Part shown: in pieces, positions 38,700 to 47,628 of the stretch
Numbering within the stretch: position 1 is the stretch's first letter
Layout of the letters: every line of letters starts with the position of its first letter
Source of the DNA: a virus
Direction: 5' to 3' (one strand)
Virus record (IMG/VR): IMGVR_UViG_3300005613_000004
DNA: 64,000 bases
Notes under the pieces: model-generated
Told to the model about the DNA's origin: nothing
Databases searched by the model: none
What the model saw: only the letters and a program-made list of their open reading frames with translations
Translations under genes and position numbers: made by a program

Positions 38700-40115
38700 A
38701 TGCAAGCTTTCAATACAGAAGCTCTGCAGGAAAAGTGGGCACCTATCCTTGATCATGAAGGAGGCATCAAAGATGCCCATCGCAGAATGGTCACTGCCCA
38801 ACTCCTGGAGAATCAAGAACAAGCACTCCGCGAAGAGCGTGAGTTCCTTTACGAAGCACCAACTAACAGCACCGGTTCATCGGGTGCAACTGCAGGTTTC
38901 TCTGCTGATGCTGGAAACACTGTTGCAGGTTTCGATCCCGTACTGATCTCTCTGATCAGACGTTCAATGCCTAACTTGGTCGCATATGACCTCGCAGGTG
39001 TTCAACCAATGAATGGTCCTACCGGACTTATCTTTGCAATGCGTTCTCGCTATACCGCACAGGACGGTAACGAAGCACTGTTTGATGAAGCAGATACCAC
39101 CTTCTCTGCTCAAAATGCTGAGAGAAATATTGAAGGTAATGGTTATACTCCCGGATCCAGTGATGGTTCTGTTGGTTTCGGTACAACCGCAGCACAAGCA
39201 GGTGACAACCCTGGTATTTTAGATATCAATACCGACCAAAATTATAGTGTTGGTCGTGGTATGAATACCGAAGATGCTGAAGGACTTGGAGGATCTGGAA
39301 GTGCCTTCAACGAGATGGCATTCTCGATTGAGAAAGTCACTGTTACTGCAAAGTCAAGAGCACTGAAAGCCGAGTACTCCTTAGAACTCGCACAAGACCT
39401 CAAGGCAATTCATGGTCTGAATGCTGAGGCTGAACTCGCAAATATTCTCTCTACAGAGATTCTTGCTGAGATCAACCGTGAAGTCATCAGAACCATCTAT
39501 AAGTCTGCACGTCCTGGTGCTCAAGCAAACGTTGCTACTGCAGGTACTTTTGACCTCGATGTTGACTCTAACGGACGTTGGAGTGTTGAGAAGTTTAAGG
39601 GTCTGATCTTCCAAATCGAGCGTGATGCTAACGCAATCGCACAAGAGACTCGTAGAGGAAAGGGCAACATGATCCTCTGCTCTGCAGACGTTGCTTCCGC
39701 ACTGACCATGGCAGGAGTCCTCGACTATACCCCTGCACTCAACGCAAACTTGAACGTTGATGATACCGGTAATACCTTCGCAGGTGTACTTGCTGGTAAG
39801 TATAGAGTCTATATCGACCCATATTCTGCAAACGTAGGTTCTGCAGGTAATGGTATTCAGTACTACGTTGCTGGTTATAAGGGTACTTCACCTTATGACG
39901 CAGGTCTCTTCTACTGCCCATACGTTCCTCTTCAAATGGTTCGTGCCGTTGGTGAGAATAGCTTCCAACCTAAAATTGGTTTCAAGACCAGATATGGTAT
40001 GGCAGCAAATCCATTCGCATCTGGTATACAGAACAGTGAAGTCACCAATCCTGGTGCTATCGTTGTAAACGCAAACCGTTACTACAGAAGAGTACGTGTT
40101 CAGAACTTAATGTGA
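38700..40115 (+). CDS. gp23: Major capsid protein gp23
   Basis: GVQPMNGPTGLIFAMRS, KSRALKAEYS.ELAQDLKAIHG and FYCPYVPL...FQPKIGFKTRYG. Confidence 0.98.
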   Translation: MQAFNTEALQEKWAPILDHEGGIKDAHRRMVTAQLLENQEQALREEREFLYEAPTNSTGSSGATAGFSADAGNTVAGFDPVLISLIRRSMPNLVAYDLAGVQPMNGPTGLIFAMRSRYTAQDGNEALFDEADTTFSAQNAERNIEGNGYTPGSSDGSVGFGTTAAQAGDNPGILDINTDQNYSVGRGMNTEDAEGLGGSGSAFNEMAFSIEKVTVTAKSRALKAEYSLELAQDLKAIHGLNAEAELANILSTEILAEINREVIRTIYKSARPGAQANVATAGTFDLDVDSNGRWSVEKFKGLIFQIERDANAIAQETRRGKGNMILCSADVASALTMAGVLDYTPALNANLNVDDTGNTFAGVLAGKYRVYIDPYSANVGSAGNGIQYYVAGYKGTSPYDAGLFYCPYVPLQMVRAVGENSFQPKIGFKTRYGMAANPFASGIQNSEVTNPGAIVVNANRYYRRVRVQNLM

Positions 40116-40137
40116 TTCATTTTCACAAGGTTATACG

Positions 40138-40165
40138 AGAGGGTCTTTCGAGACCCTCTTTTTTT
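40138..40165 (+). terminator. Rho-independent terminator after gp23
   Basis: AGAGGGTCT-TTCG-AGACCCTCT followed by a T run. Confidence 0.9.
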
Positions 40166-40184
40166 ATCTAAATAAAAATAAAAA

Positions 40185-40742
40185 ATGTCTTGCAATTTTC
40201 CCAATCAGATAAACAATAGAAACTTTTTATCTCCGATTGGTTTTAAGTTTACATTAGCAAAAGATACAAAGATTTCCTTTTTCTCAAATTCTGCACGAAT
40301 TCCAGAGATTAATATGGGAACAGCAATACAACCAGTTTATCTCAAAGATTTAGATGTTCCTGGAGATAAGTTAAATTATGGTGATTTTAATTTAAGATTT
40401 TTAGTTGATGAAAATCTAGAAAACTATATGGCAATTCACAATTGGTTAACTGGTCTTGCTTATCCAGAAACTACACAACAGTTTAAAGATTTAATATCAA
40501 ATAAAGAAGATATTACACAACCACCGAATTTGAATAGACAATTCAGTGATGGAAGTTTGCATATTCTTAATAGTAATTTTAGAACACAAGCAATTGTAAA
40601 ATTTGAAGATTTATTTCCCACAAGTCTTTCATCTTTAGAATTCGAAGCAACTGATCCGGACATTAGTTACTTTACAGCAGAGGTGGTTTTCAAGTATACT
40701 GTATATAATATATTTGCATCAGACGGTAGAACACCCTTATGA
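40185..40742 (+). CDS. gp3: Tail completion protein gp3
   Basis: NRNFLSPIGFKF, FLVDENLENY.AIHNWL and F.DLFPTSLSSLEF; CTAAATA at 40168. Confidence 0.9.
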   Translation: MSCNFPNQINNRNFLSPIGFKFTLAKDTKISFFSNSARIPEINMGTAIQPVYLKDLDVPGDKLNYGDFNLRFLVDENLENYMAIHNWLTGLAYPETTQQFKDLISNKEDITQPPNLNRQFSDGSLHILNSNFRTQAIVKFEDLFPTSLSSLEFEATDPDISYFTAEVVFKYTVYNIFASDGRTPL

Positions 40743-41176
40743 ATCTTGATCAAATTCAGGAAATGTGGGAAAGAGATTCCCAGATCGATCCTGACAATTT
40801 ACATGATGAGTCACTAAAAATACCACAACTTCATTCAAAGTATTATACATTATATAATACCATCACATTGTTAAAGGAAAAAGCACGAGAATCTTATAAT
40901 AGAACTAAATTAGAAAGATATAATTATTACACAGGAAAGGCAACAGCAGAGGTTTATGCCGAAGAACCATTTCCATATAAAGTTAGAGATAAAGAAGCAT
41001 TACAGAGGTATATGGATGCCGATGAGAAGTTGAGTAGAGTAGACCTGAAGATTAGATATTATGATGTAGAACTTAGATTTTTAGAAGAAATTATTAAAAC
41101 AGTTTCTAATAGAACTTTTCAAATAAAAAATGCCATTGATTTCATGAAATTTACTGCTGGATATGGAGGTTCTTAG
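40739..41176 (+). CDS. uvsY: Recombination mediator UvsY
   Basis: ESLKIPQLHSKY...FLEEIIK...RTFQIKNAI; lies before uvsW. Confidence 0.88.
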   Translation: MNLDQIQEMWERDSQIDPDNLHDESLKIPQLHSKYYTLYNTITLLKEKARESYNRTKLERYNYYTGKATAEVYAEEPFPYKVRDKEALQRYMDADEKLSRVDLKIRYYDVELRFLEEIIKTVSNRTFQIKNAIDFMKFTAGYGGS

Positions 41177-41238
41177 TAATATATAATTAATTCATCTTGA
41201 CAGTATGAACTAAATACTCATAGGTGAATCTATAGTTC

Positions 41239-42702
41239 ATGTCACATTTGATTATTTTTAAAAAGAACGAAGTATATTTAAAAGTTGAAGCAGAAGCACA
41301 TATTTACTATGAGTTAGCAGATCAATTTACATTTGATGTGCCTGGAGCAAAATTTATGCCTCAGTATCGTAATAAGTACTGGGATGGAAAAATTCGTTTA
41401 TTTAATACACAAACTGGTGAAGTTTATGTTGGGTTATTAGATAAAGTTACAAAATTCTGTGATGATCATGGATATACGTATGAATTTGTAGATAATAAAT
41501 TCTATGGACTTCCTTTTGAGGTTAACGACTTTATCTCGAAGGAAGGTGTTAAAGATTATATGAATGCTATTTGCAAGTATTCTCCCCGTGATTATCAAGT
41601 AGAGGGAGTATACGACGCCCTAAAACATAATAGAAAGTTGTTGATATCCCCAACTGCTTCTGGAAAGTCTCTGATGATATATTCTCTCGTGAGATATTAC
41701 GTTGAGAAGCAACAAAATATTCTGATAGTCGTTCCGACGACTTCCCTAGTAGAGCAGATGTATAAAGATTTTGCAGACTATGGTTGGGATGTAGGTTCAT
41801 ATTGCCACAAAATTTATGCAGGACGTGAAAGAGAAACCGATTCTCAAGTAATCATTACTACTTGGCAGTCTATCTACAAACTTCCACGAAAATACTTTTC
41901 AAGATTTAATGTGGTCATTGGAGATGAGGCACACCAATTTAAATCGAAGTCATTAATATCTATAATGTCTAAACTCGCTGATTGCAAATATCGATTTGGA
42001 TTTACTGGAACACTTGATGGTACACAAACTCATAAGTGGGTATTAGAAGGATTATTTGGTCCTTCTTATAAAATCATTCGTACTGAAGAATTAATGGCTA
42101 AAGGTCATGTTGCCAAATTGGATATTAATGTACTTCTATTGAAACACCCTGCACATAAATTTGAAACTTTTGAAGATGAAGTTCAATATATTATAAATCA
42201 TGAAAGAAGAAATAAGTTCATAAGAAATCTTGCTCTTGATCTGAAAGGAAATACATTAATTCTTTTTGCAAGAGTTGAAGGACATGGAGAACCACTATAT
42301 AATTTAATAAATAATTGCAAACTTGATGAACGTCAAGTATTTTTTGTTCATGGTGGAGTTGATACTAAAGATAGAGAATTAGTAAGAGAAATTACTGAAA
42401 AAGAGAATAATGCAATTATTATTGCTTCTTATGGAACTTTTAGTACAGGAATTAATATTAAAAATTTACATAATGTTATTTTTGCTTCTCCATCTAAATC
42501 TAGAATTAGAAATCTTCAATCTATTGGACGAGTACTTAGAAAAGGTAATAATAAAACAAAGGCAACTCTTTATGATATTGCCGATGATATTTCTTACAAA
42601 TCTCGAAGAAATTATACCCTCAATCATTTGATAGAAAGAATTAAAGTATATAATGAAGAAAATTTTAATTATGAAATACTAAATATACCCCTTAAAGACT
42701 AA
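41239..42702 (+). CDS. uvsW: UvsW SF2 helicase
   Basis: SPTASGKS, IGDEAHQF, FGFTGT and LQSIGRVLR. Confidence 0.96.
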   Translation: MSHLIIFKKNEVYLKVEAEAHIYYELADQFTFDVPGAKFMPQYRNKYWDGKIRLFNTQTGEVYVGLLDKVTKFCDDHGYTYEFVDNKFYGLPFEVNDFISKEGVKDYMNAICKYSPRDYQVEGVYDALKHNRKLLISPTASGKSLMIYSLVRYYVEKQQNILIVVPTTSLVEQMYKDFADYGWDVGSYCHKIYAGRERETDSQVIITTWQSIYKLPRKYFSRFNVVIGDEAHQFKSKSLISIMSKLADCKYRFGFTGTLDGTQTHKWVLEGLFGPSYKIIRTEELMAKGHVAKLDINVLLLKHPAHKFETFEDEVQYIINHERRNKFIRNLALDLKGNTLILFARVEGHGEPLYNLINNCKLDERQVFFVHGGVDTKDRELVREITEKENNAIIIASYGTFSTGINIKNLHNVIFASPSKSRIRNLQSIGRVLRKGNNKTKATLYDIADDISYKSRRNYTLNHLIERIKVYNEENFNYEILNIPLKD

Positions 42703-42703
42703 T

Positions 42704-43117
42704 ATGGAAGAAGAATTTTATTGTATCATAAAACTAGTGTCTGGTGAAGAAATATTTTCTTTAATTTCTACTGATGAAAATAATGGTGACCCATTAATAA
42801 TTCTTCAAAATCCAATAACAATAAAAATGATTGAATCTTCACAAGGTGTTTATATTAAAGTTAAATCTTGGTCTGAATTATCTAATGATGATATCTTTAT
42901 TATAAAACTTGATAAGGTTATATCTATGACAGAAACTAATGATCAACATCTAATAGATGTTTATAATAATTATATTACTGATGAAGAAATAGGATTTAAT
43001 TCTTATGAAGGAGGTAAAATAAAACCTTCTAGAAAGATGGGATATCTTTCTTCAGTAGAAGATGCTCGTAAGTCTCTAGAAAACCTTTACAATCTTAAAG
43101 ATACTAAAGAAAGCTAA
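42704..43117 (+). CDS. Conserved hypothetical protein (137 aa, Sm-like beta pattern)
   Basis: IKLVSGEEIFS...NP...W pattern; lies between uvsW and gp55. Confidence 0.75.
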   Translation: MEEEFYCIIKLVSGEEIFSLISTDENNGDPLIILQNPITIKMIESSQGVYIKVKSWSELSNDDIFIIKLDKVISMTETNDQHLIDVYNNYITDEEIGFNSYEGGKIKPSRKMGYLSSVEDARKSLENLYNLKDTKES

Positions 43118-43144
43118 GCCCTTCTCTTCAAACCTAACAAAGGT

Positions 43145-43173
43145 ATTCTACTCATAATTCTCAATGCTGTCAA
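43145..43173 (-). promoter_or_regulatory. Putative antisense sigma70-type promoter
   Basis: Minus strand reads TTGACA (43173-43168), N17, TAGAAT (43150-43145). Confidence 0.55.
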
Positions 43174-43185
43174 GCCCTAAAAGTG

Positions 43186-43194
43186 TGCTATAAT
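43186..43194 (+). promoter_or_regulatory. Extended -10 promoter for gp55
   Basis: TG-C-TATAAT about 35 nt upstream of the gp55 ATG; no good -35. Confidence 0.55.
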
Positions 43195-43228
43195 AAAAAG
43201 AACTTATAAAATTAAAGAGTAATGACTT

Positions 43229-43753
43229 ATGCCCAAAAAGAAATCAGAACATTATGTAAACAATAAAGAATTGTTGGAAGCAATGATTAATTATCGTGCA
43301 AGGATAGAAGTATCATATAAAAAGACTTTCAATAAAGATCTCACTGAACTTCCAAAACAAGAGAGGGGAAAGAATTGGGAAGGTAAACCACCCATTCCAA
43401 ACTATCTTGGTGAATGCTTTCTCAAGATTGCAACTCATCTTTCATATAAACCGAACTTTGTGAACTATATGTTTCGTGAAGATATGATTTCCGATGGGAT
43501 TGAGAATTGTGTCCAATACATTCATAACTTTGACCCAGAGAAGTCAAAAAACCCCTTTGCATACTTTACTCAAATTATTCATTATGCCTTCTTGAGACGC
43601 ATTCAGAAGGAGAAGAAGCAACTTGATATCAAGACTAAAATTATTGAAAAGACTGGTTTTGATGAGGTTATGGTTGTTGACGATAGCTTGCTTTCTGGAC
43701 ATAGTTCGGAGTATAATGGGATCAAAGATGCTATCCAATATAGAAATCGTTAA
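43229..43753 (+). CDS. gp55: Late-transcription sigma factor gp55
   Basis: HYVNNKELL, KPNFVNYMFREDMISDGIENC and NPFAYFTQII.YAFLRRIQKEKKQ. Confidence 0.96.
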   Translation: MPKKKSEHYVNNKELLEAMINYRARIEVSYKKTFNKDLTELPKQERGKNWEGKPPIPNYLGECFLKIATHLSYKPNFVNYMFREDMISDGIENCVQYIHNFDPEKSKNPFAYFTQIIHYAFLRRIQKEKKQLDIKTKIIEKTGFDEVMVVDDSLLSGHSSEYNGIKDAIQYRNR

Positions 43754-43757
43754 CAAA

Positions 43758-44792
43758 ATGAAAATTGGCGTTATTACTGATACTCACTGGACGGCGAGAA
43801 AATCTTCTCGACACCTGCATGATTATTTTCAGATGTTTTATGACAATGTTTTCTTTCCTGCCTTAGAGGAGCATGGAGTAGATACTATTATCCATATGGG
43901 CGATGCTTTTGATAATCGTAAGAGTATAGATTTTTGGGGACTTGAGTGGACTCGAAGAGTTGTATTAGAACCACTTAAGAAATACAAAGTTCATATGATT
44001 ATTGGAAATCACGATACTTATTTTAAAGATAGTAATAATGTCAATTCTCCAGAACTTCTTTTACAAGACTATCCGAATATTAAAACATATAGTTCTCCAA
44101 CAAATACCAAAGTTGGTGATACTGATATGACCTTTATTCCTTGGATTTGTAGTGAAAACTATGATGAAACCCTGAAAGTTATTAAAAAATCTAAAGCAAA
44201 AGTTGCTTTTGGTCATTTAGAACTCAACGGATTTAGAGCGCATCGCGGACACATCATGGAAGACGGTATGGACAGCAAATTATTTGGCAAGTTCCACAAA
44301 GTCTTTTCAGGTCACTACCATACACGATCAGATGATGGACGAATCTTCTACTTAGGAAATCCTTATGAAATGTTTTGGAATGATGTGAATGATCCAAGAG
44401 GTTTTCATATTTTTGATACAGAAACTCTTTCTCATACTCCAATTAATAATCCTTATAAATTATTTCATATTATCTATTATGAAGATACTGACTATAAACT
44501 GTTTAATACTTCTGAATATGAAAATAAGATTGTAAAGGTTATCGTTCGTAAGAAAACTAAACCAAAAAATTTTGAAAAGTTTATAGACAAACTTTATTCA
44601 GCAGGAATTCAAGATCTTAAGATTATTGAAAATTTTGAAATACAAGAATCTTCGGATTTTGAAATTGATGAGGAAGAAAATACAATTTCTATTCTCAATC
44701 GTTATATTGATGAAGCAGAATTTGAATTTGATAAAAATATAATTAAAGGTATCTTTCAAGATTTGTACAGACAAGCTTGCGAAGTGGAGTAA
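43758..44792 (+). CDS. gp47: Recombination endonuclease subunit gp47 (SbcD/Mre11-like)
   Basis: ITDTH, GDAFD, GNHD, GHLE and SGHYH motifs. The likely start is MKIGVITD at 43758, not 43623. Confidence 0.95.
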   Translation: MKIGVITDTHWTARKSSRHLHDYFQMFYDNVFFPALEEHGVDTIIHMGDAFDNRKSIDFWGLEWTRRVVLEPLKKYKVHMIIGNHDTYFKDSNNVNSPELLLQDYPNIKTYSSPTNTKVGDTDMTFIPWICSENYDETLKVIKKSKAKVAFGHLELNGFRAHRGHIMEDGMDSKLFGKFHKVFSGHYHTRSDDGRIFYLGNPYEMFWNDVNDPRGFHIFDTETLSHTPINNPYKLFHIIYYEDTDYKLFNTSEYENKIVKVIVRKKTKPKNFEKFIDKLYSAGIQDLKIIENFEIQESSDFEIDEEENTISILNRYIDEAEFEFDKNIIKGIFQDLYRQACEVE

Positions 44793-45061
44793 TGTTTCTT
44801 CTCACCATTAAAAATAAAAAAAGTGATGGAGCTTATGCAGTTTCAGATCTACATGGAAGTAAAGTTTTGTTTTTATTTGAGGAAGAAGATGATGCGAAAA
44901 GATATGCATTAATGTTGATGGAAAATGAAAATATAGAAATGGACGTAGTAGAAGTTGATGATGACCTTGCATTGAAAGCATGTAAAATGTATAATTACAA
45001 GTATAGTGTAATTACCCCAAACGATATTGTAATCCCTCCCACTCATAATGATAATCTTTAA
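44792..45061 (+). CDS. Conserved hypothetical protein (89 aa)
   Basis: GAYAV...LFLFEEEDDA.RYA.ML...VITPNDIVIPP. ATG 44792 overlaps the gp47 stop. Confidence 0.75.
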   Translation: MFLLTIKNKKSDGAYAVSDLHGSKVLFLFEEEDDAKRYALMLMENENIEMDVVEVDDDLALKACKMYNYKYSVITPNDIVIPPTHNDNL

Positions 45062-46763
45062 AAAACTTCGTTATAAAAACTTCTTGTCATCCGGAAATCA
45101 GTTTACTGATATTGATTTCCTAAAACATCAAACAAATTTGATCGTGGGTACAAATGGAGCAGGTAAAAGTACTTGTTTAGATGCTCTTACTTTTGTTCTT
45201 TTTAATAAACCTTTTCGCAAAATTAATAAACCTCAACTTGTAAATACTACAAACGATAGAGACTGTTTAGTTGAGATTGAGTTTGATTTGAACGGGAAAG
45301 AATATCTTGTTCGTCGTGGTATTAAACCAAATGTATTCGATATTGAAGTAAATGGAACTCCTCTTCATAAAGAGTCGGATGATAGGGCAAATCAACGTAT
45401 TCTTGAAGAAAACATTCTTAAAGTAAATTATAAGTCTTTTACACAAATTGTAATTTTGGGTAGTAGTACTTTTGTTCCTTTTATGCAATTGACGACTTCT
45501 AATCGTCGTGAAGTTATTGAAGATCTTTTGGATATTCGTATTTTTTCTGCAATGAATGGAATTCTTAAAGATAAGATGCGTGAGAAGAAAGAAAAAATAA
45601 AATCTTTATCTTTGAAAAAAGAAACTATCAAAGATAAAATAAAGATGCAACAAGAATTCATTGAAGAACTTGAGAATCGTGGTAATGCCAATATAAATGC
45701 AAATAAAGAAAAAATTGCCAATTTAGATAGTGAAGTTGGTAATTATATGGATACTAATCAAAACTTGGAAGAAAAAATAAAAGTACTTCAAATCGATCTT
45801 GAGAATCTTCAAGGTGCTGGTGATAAGTTAATAAAACTAAACAATCTTAGGGGAAAAATATCTCAAAAAGTAAGCACAATCACTAAAGAACATAAATTTT
45901 TTACTGAAAATACGGTATGCCCTACATGCACTCAAGACATTGAGGAAGAATTTCGTTTAAATAGAATTAGTGATGCTCAAAATAAAGCTAGAGAACTTAA
46001 AGATGGTTATGATGAACTTGAAAAAACTATTAAGTTGGAGCAAGAACGAGAGCATCAATTCAATGCTTTATCTAAGGAGATAACAAAAGTAACACATGGT
46101 ATTTCTCAAAACAATACTCGTATTTCTCTCAATCAAAGACAAATCAGAGATCTTGAACATGAAATTCAAACTACTACCAATCAATTACAAAACAGAAATA
46201 TTGAACATGAGAAATTAGAAGAGTTTCGAGAAAATTTTCAAAAAATAATAGAAGATCTTTCAGATAAAAAACAAGAAATTGTACATTATGATTTTGCTTA
46301 TTCTTTACTTAAGGATGATGGTGTGAAGACAAAGATTATCAAAAAGTATCTTCCATTCATAAATCAACAAGTAAATCGTTATCTCCAGATGATGGATTTT
46401 TACATTAATTTCAAACTTAGTGAAGAATTTGATGAAACTGTTGAATCTCCGATACATGAAAATTTTTCATATTCATCTTTTAGTGAAGGAGAAAAGGCAC
46501 GTATAGACCTTGCATTACTTTTTACTTGGCGTGAAGTTGCAAGAATGAAAAATTCTGCAAATTGTAATATTCTCATATTTGATGAAGTTTTTGATGGTTC
46601 TCTTGATGGTTTTGGTGCTGATGAGTTTCTGAAGATTATTCGTTATGTTGTTAAAGATACTAATGTTTTTGTAATTTCACATAAATCTGATCTTCAAGAT
46701 AAGTTTGACTCTACTATTAAATTTGAGAAGAAGAGTGGATTTTCTTATAAGACTGAACTTTAA
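45048..46763 (+). CDS. gp46: Recombination endonuclease ATPase gp46 (SbcC/Rad50-like)
   Basis: GTNGAGKST, CPTC zinc hook, FSEGE signature, LIFDEVFD and VISH. Confidence 0.96.
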   Translation: MIIFKKLRYKNFLSSGNQFTDIDFLKHQTNLIVGTNGAGKSTCLDALTFVLFNKPFRKINKPQLVNTTNDRDCLVEIEFDLNGKEYLVRRGIKPNVFDIEVNGTPLHKESDDRANQRILEENILKVNYKSFTQIVILGSSTFVPFMQLTTSNRREVIEDLLDIRIFSAMNGILKDKMREKKEKIKSLSLKKETIKDKIKMQQEFIEELENRGNANINANKEKIANLDSEVGNYMDTNQNLEEKIKVLQIDLENLQGAGDKLIKLNNLRGKISQKVSTITKEHKFFTENTVCPTCTQDIEEEFRLNRISDAQNKARELKDGYDELEKTIKLEQEREHQFNALSKEITKVTHGISQNNTRISLNQRQIRDLEHEIQTTTNQLQNRNIEHEKLEEFRENFQKIIEDLSDKKQEIVHYDFAYSLLKDDGVKTKIIKKYLPFINQQVNRYLQMMDFYINFKLSEEFDETVESPIHENFSYSSFSEGEKARIDLALLFTWREVARMKNSANCNILIFDEVFDGSLDGFGADEFLKIIRYVVKDTNVFVISHKSDLQDKFDSTIKFEKKSGFSYKTEL

Positions 46764-46806
46764 TATTTTATAAATAATTATAGTTCAGTTCTCATTTAGT
46801 TCAGTG
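46751..46806 (+). promoter_or_regulatory. Late promoter TATAAATA (46769-46776) inside an inverted repeat whose arm can also pair over the endonuclease start codon
   Basis: ACTGAACT at 46752-46759 is complementary to AGTTCAGT at both 46782-46789 and 46798-46805. Confidence 0.7.
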
Positions 46807-47112
46807 TATAGTCTTTATTGTATTGAAAATAAAATTACGGGGCAAAAATATATTGGTATAACTTCCCTTAAACCAGAAGAGCGTTGGAAAAAACATCAAT
46901 ATGCTTATAAAACTGAAAAGAAAAAAAATGATTGCCCAAAATTTTATAACTCTATTAGAAAATATGGAATTGAAAATTTTGAATTATCTGTTTTAGATCG
47001 GAGTGAAGATGCTTCTTATATTGAAAATTTGGAAATAAAGTATATTTCTGAAAATTCTAATTTATTAAATGTTTCTCCTGGTGGTGGGGGAATGACTATA
47101 AATTCTGGTTGG

Positions 47113-47189
47113 AAACACTCTCCAGAAACAATAGAAAAATTGAAAGAAAAAACACCACCAATGTTAGGTAAAAAACACTCTCCAGAAAC
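47113..47189 (+). repeat. 17-nt direct repeat AAACACTCTCCAGAAAC (47113-47129, 47173-47189) encoding NUMOD3 units
   Basis: Read directly; 60-nt period. Confidence 0.85.
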
Positions 47190-47409
47190 TATTGAAAAAA
47201 TGAAAGGTGATCCCAGAAGAAAAAACTCTGGAGAAAGAAATGGAATGTATGGAAAAAATCAAAGTGATGAGTTTAAGAAAAATATGAGTTTGAGAATGAG
47301 AGAAAATAATCCAATGAAGGGAAAAACTCATTCACCAGAAACCAGAGAAAAAATTCGTCAGGCAGCGTTGAATAGAAGTAAAAAGAAGACACTTTCTCAA
47401 CTGGACTCC

Positions 47410-47438
47410 TTGACCTCTGAAAACATAGATAGTAAAGT
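47410..47438 (+). promoter_or_regulatory. Early sigma70-type promoter
   Basis: TTGACC-N17-TAAAGT within the endonuclease 3' end, upstream of the 48-aa ORF. Confidence 0.6.
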
Positions 47439-47459
47439 GTCTTCATAGACCAAAGAACA

Positions 47460-47606
47460 ATGCACGTCCCAAACTGGAAACACAACTCTGGCAAAGAGCA
47501 AAAACGAAAACTCAAACCACAAGCAATGAGAGCACGAAAAGAGGCACTCAGACACTTCAAGAACCGCCACATGACCTCCCCCAAAAAGGGAGGTTCTTTT
47601 GTATAG
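47460..47606 (+). CDS. Small very basic protein (48 aa); absent from the ORF track
   Basis: Hand translation: MHVPNWKHNSGKEQKRKLKPQAMRARKEALRHFKNRHMTSPKKGGSFV*. It resembles the small gene I recall after gp46 in cyanophages. Confidence 0.7.
   Translation: MHVPNWKHNSGKEQKRKLKPQAMRARKEALRHFKNRHMTSPKKGGSFV
47574..47600 (+). terminator. Hairpin/terminator-like element
   Basis: ACCTCCC-CCAAAAA-GGGAGGT followed by TCTTTT; a -10-like TATAGT follows at 47602. Confidence 0.55.
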
Positions 47607-47628
47607 TAGTTTCATACGCAACAAATCA

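Larger units (their letters stand above)
46804..47448 (+). mobile_element. Free-standing GIY-YIG (Seg-like) homing endonuclease with NUMOD3 repeats; GTG start
   Basis: YSLYCI...KYIGIT, R (EERWKKH), E (ENLEIKYI) and N (LNVSPGG); four G.(K/T)HS.ET.EK-type NUMOD3 repeats. Confidence 0.9.

Noticed and set aside
41197-41226. TTGACA upstream of uvsW as an early promoter
   Set aside because: No acceptable -10 at 16-18 nt; the CTAAATA late signal at 41210 explains the region better.
43623-43757. ORF-track N-terminal extension of gp47; likewise 58297 for hsp20, 47599, 53993, 44777 and 31578
   Set aside because: The extensions overlap upstream genes or regulatory DNA; downstream ATGs match family N-termini, SD sites or stop-start coupling.
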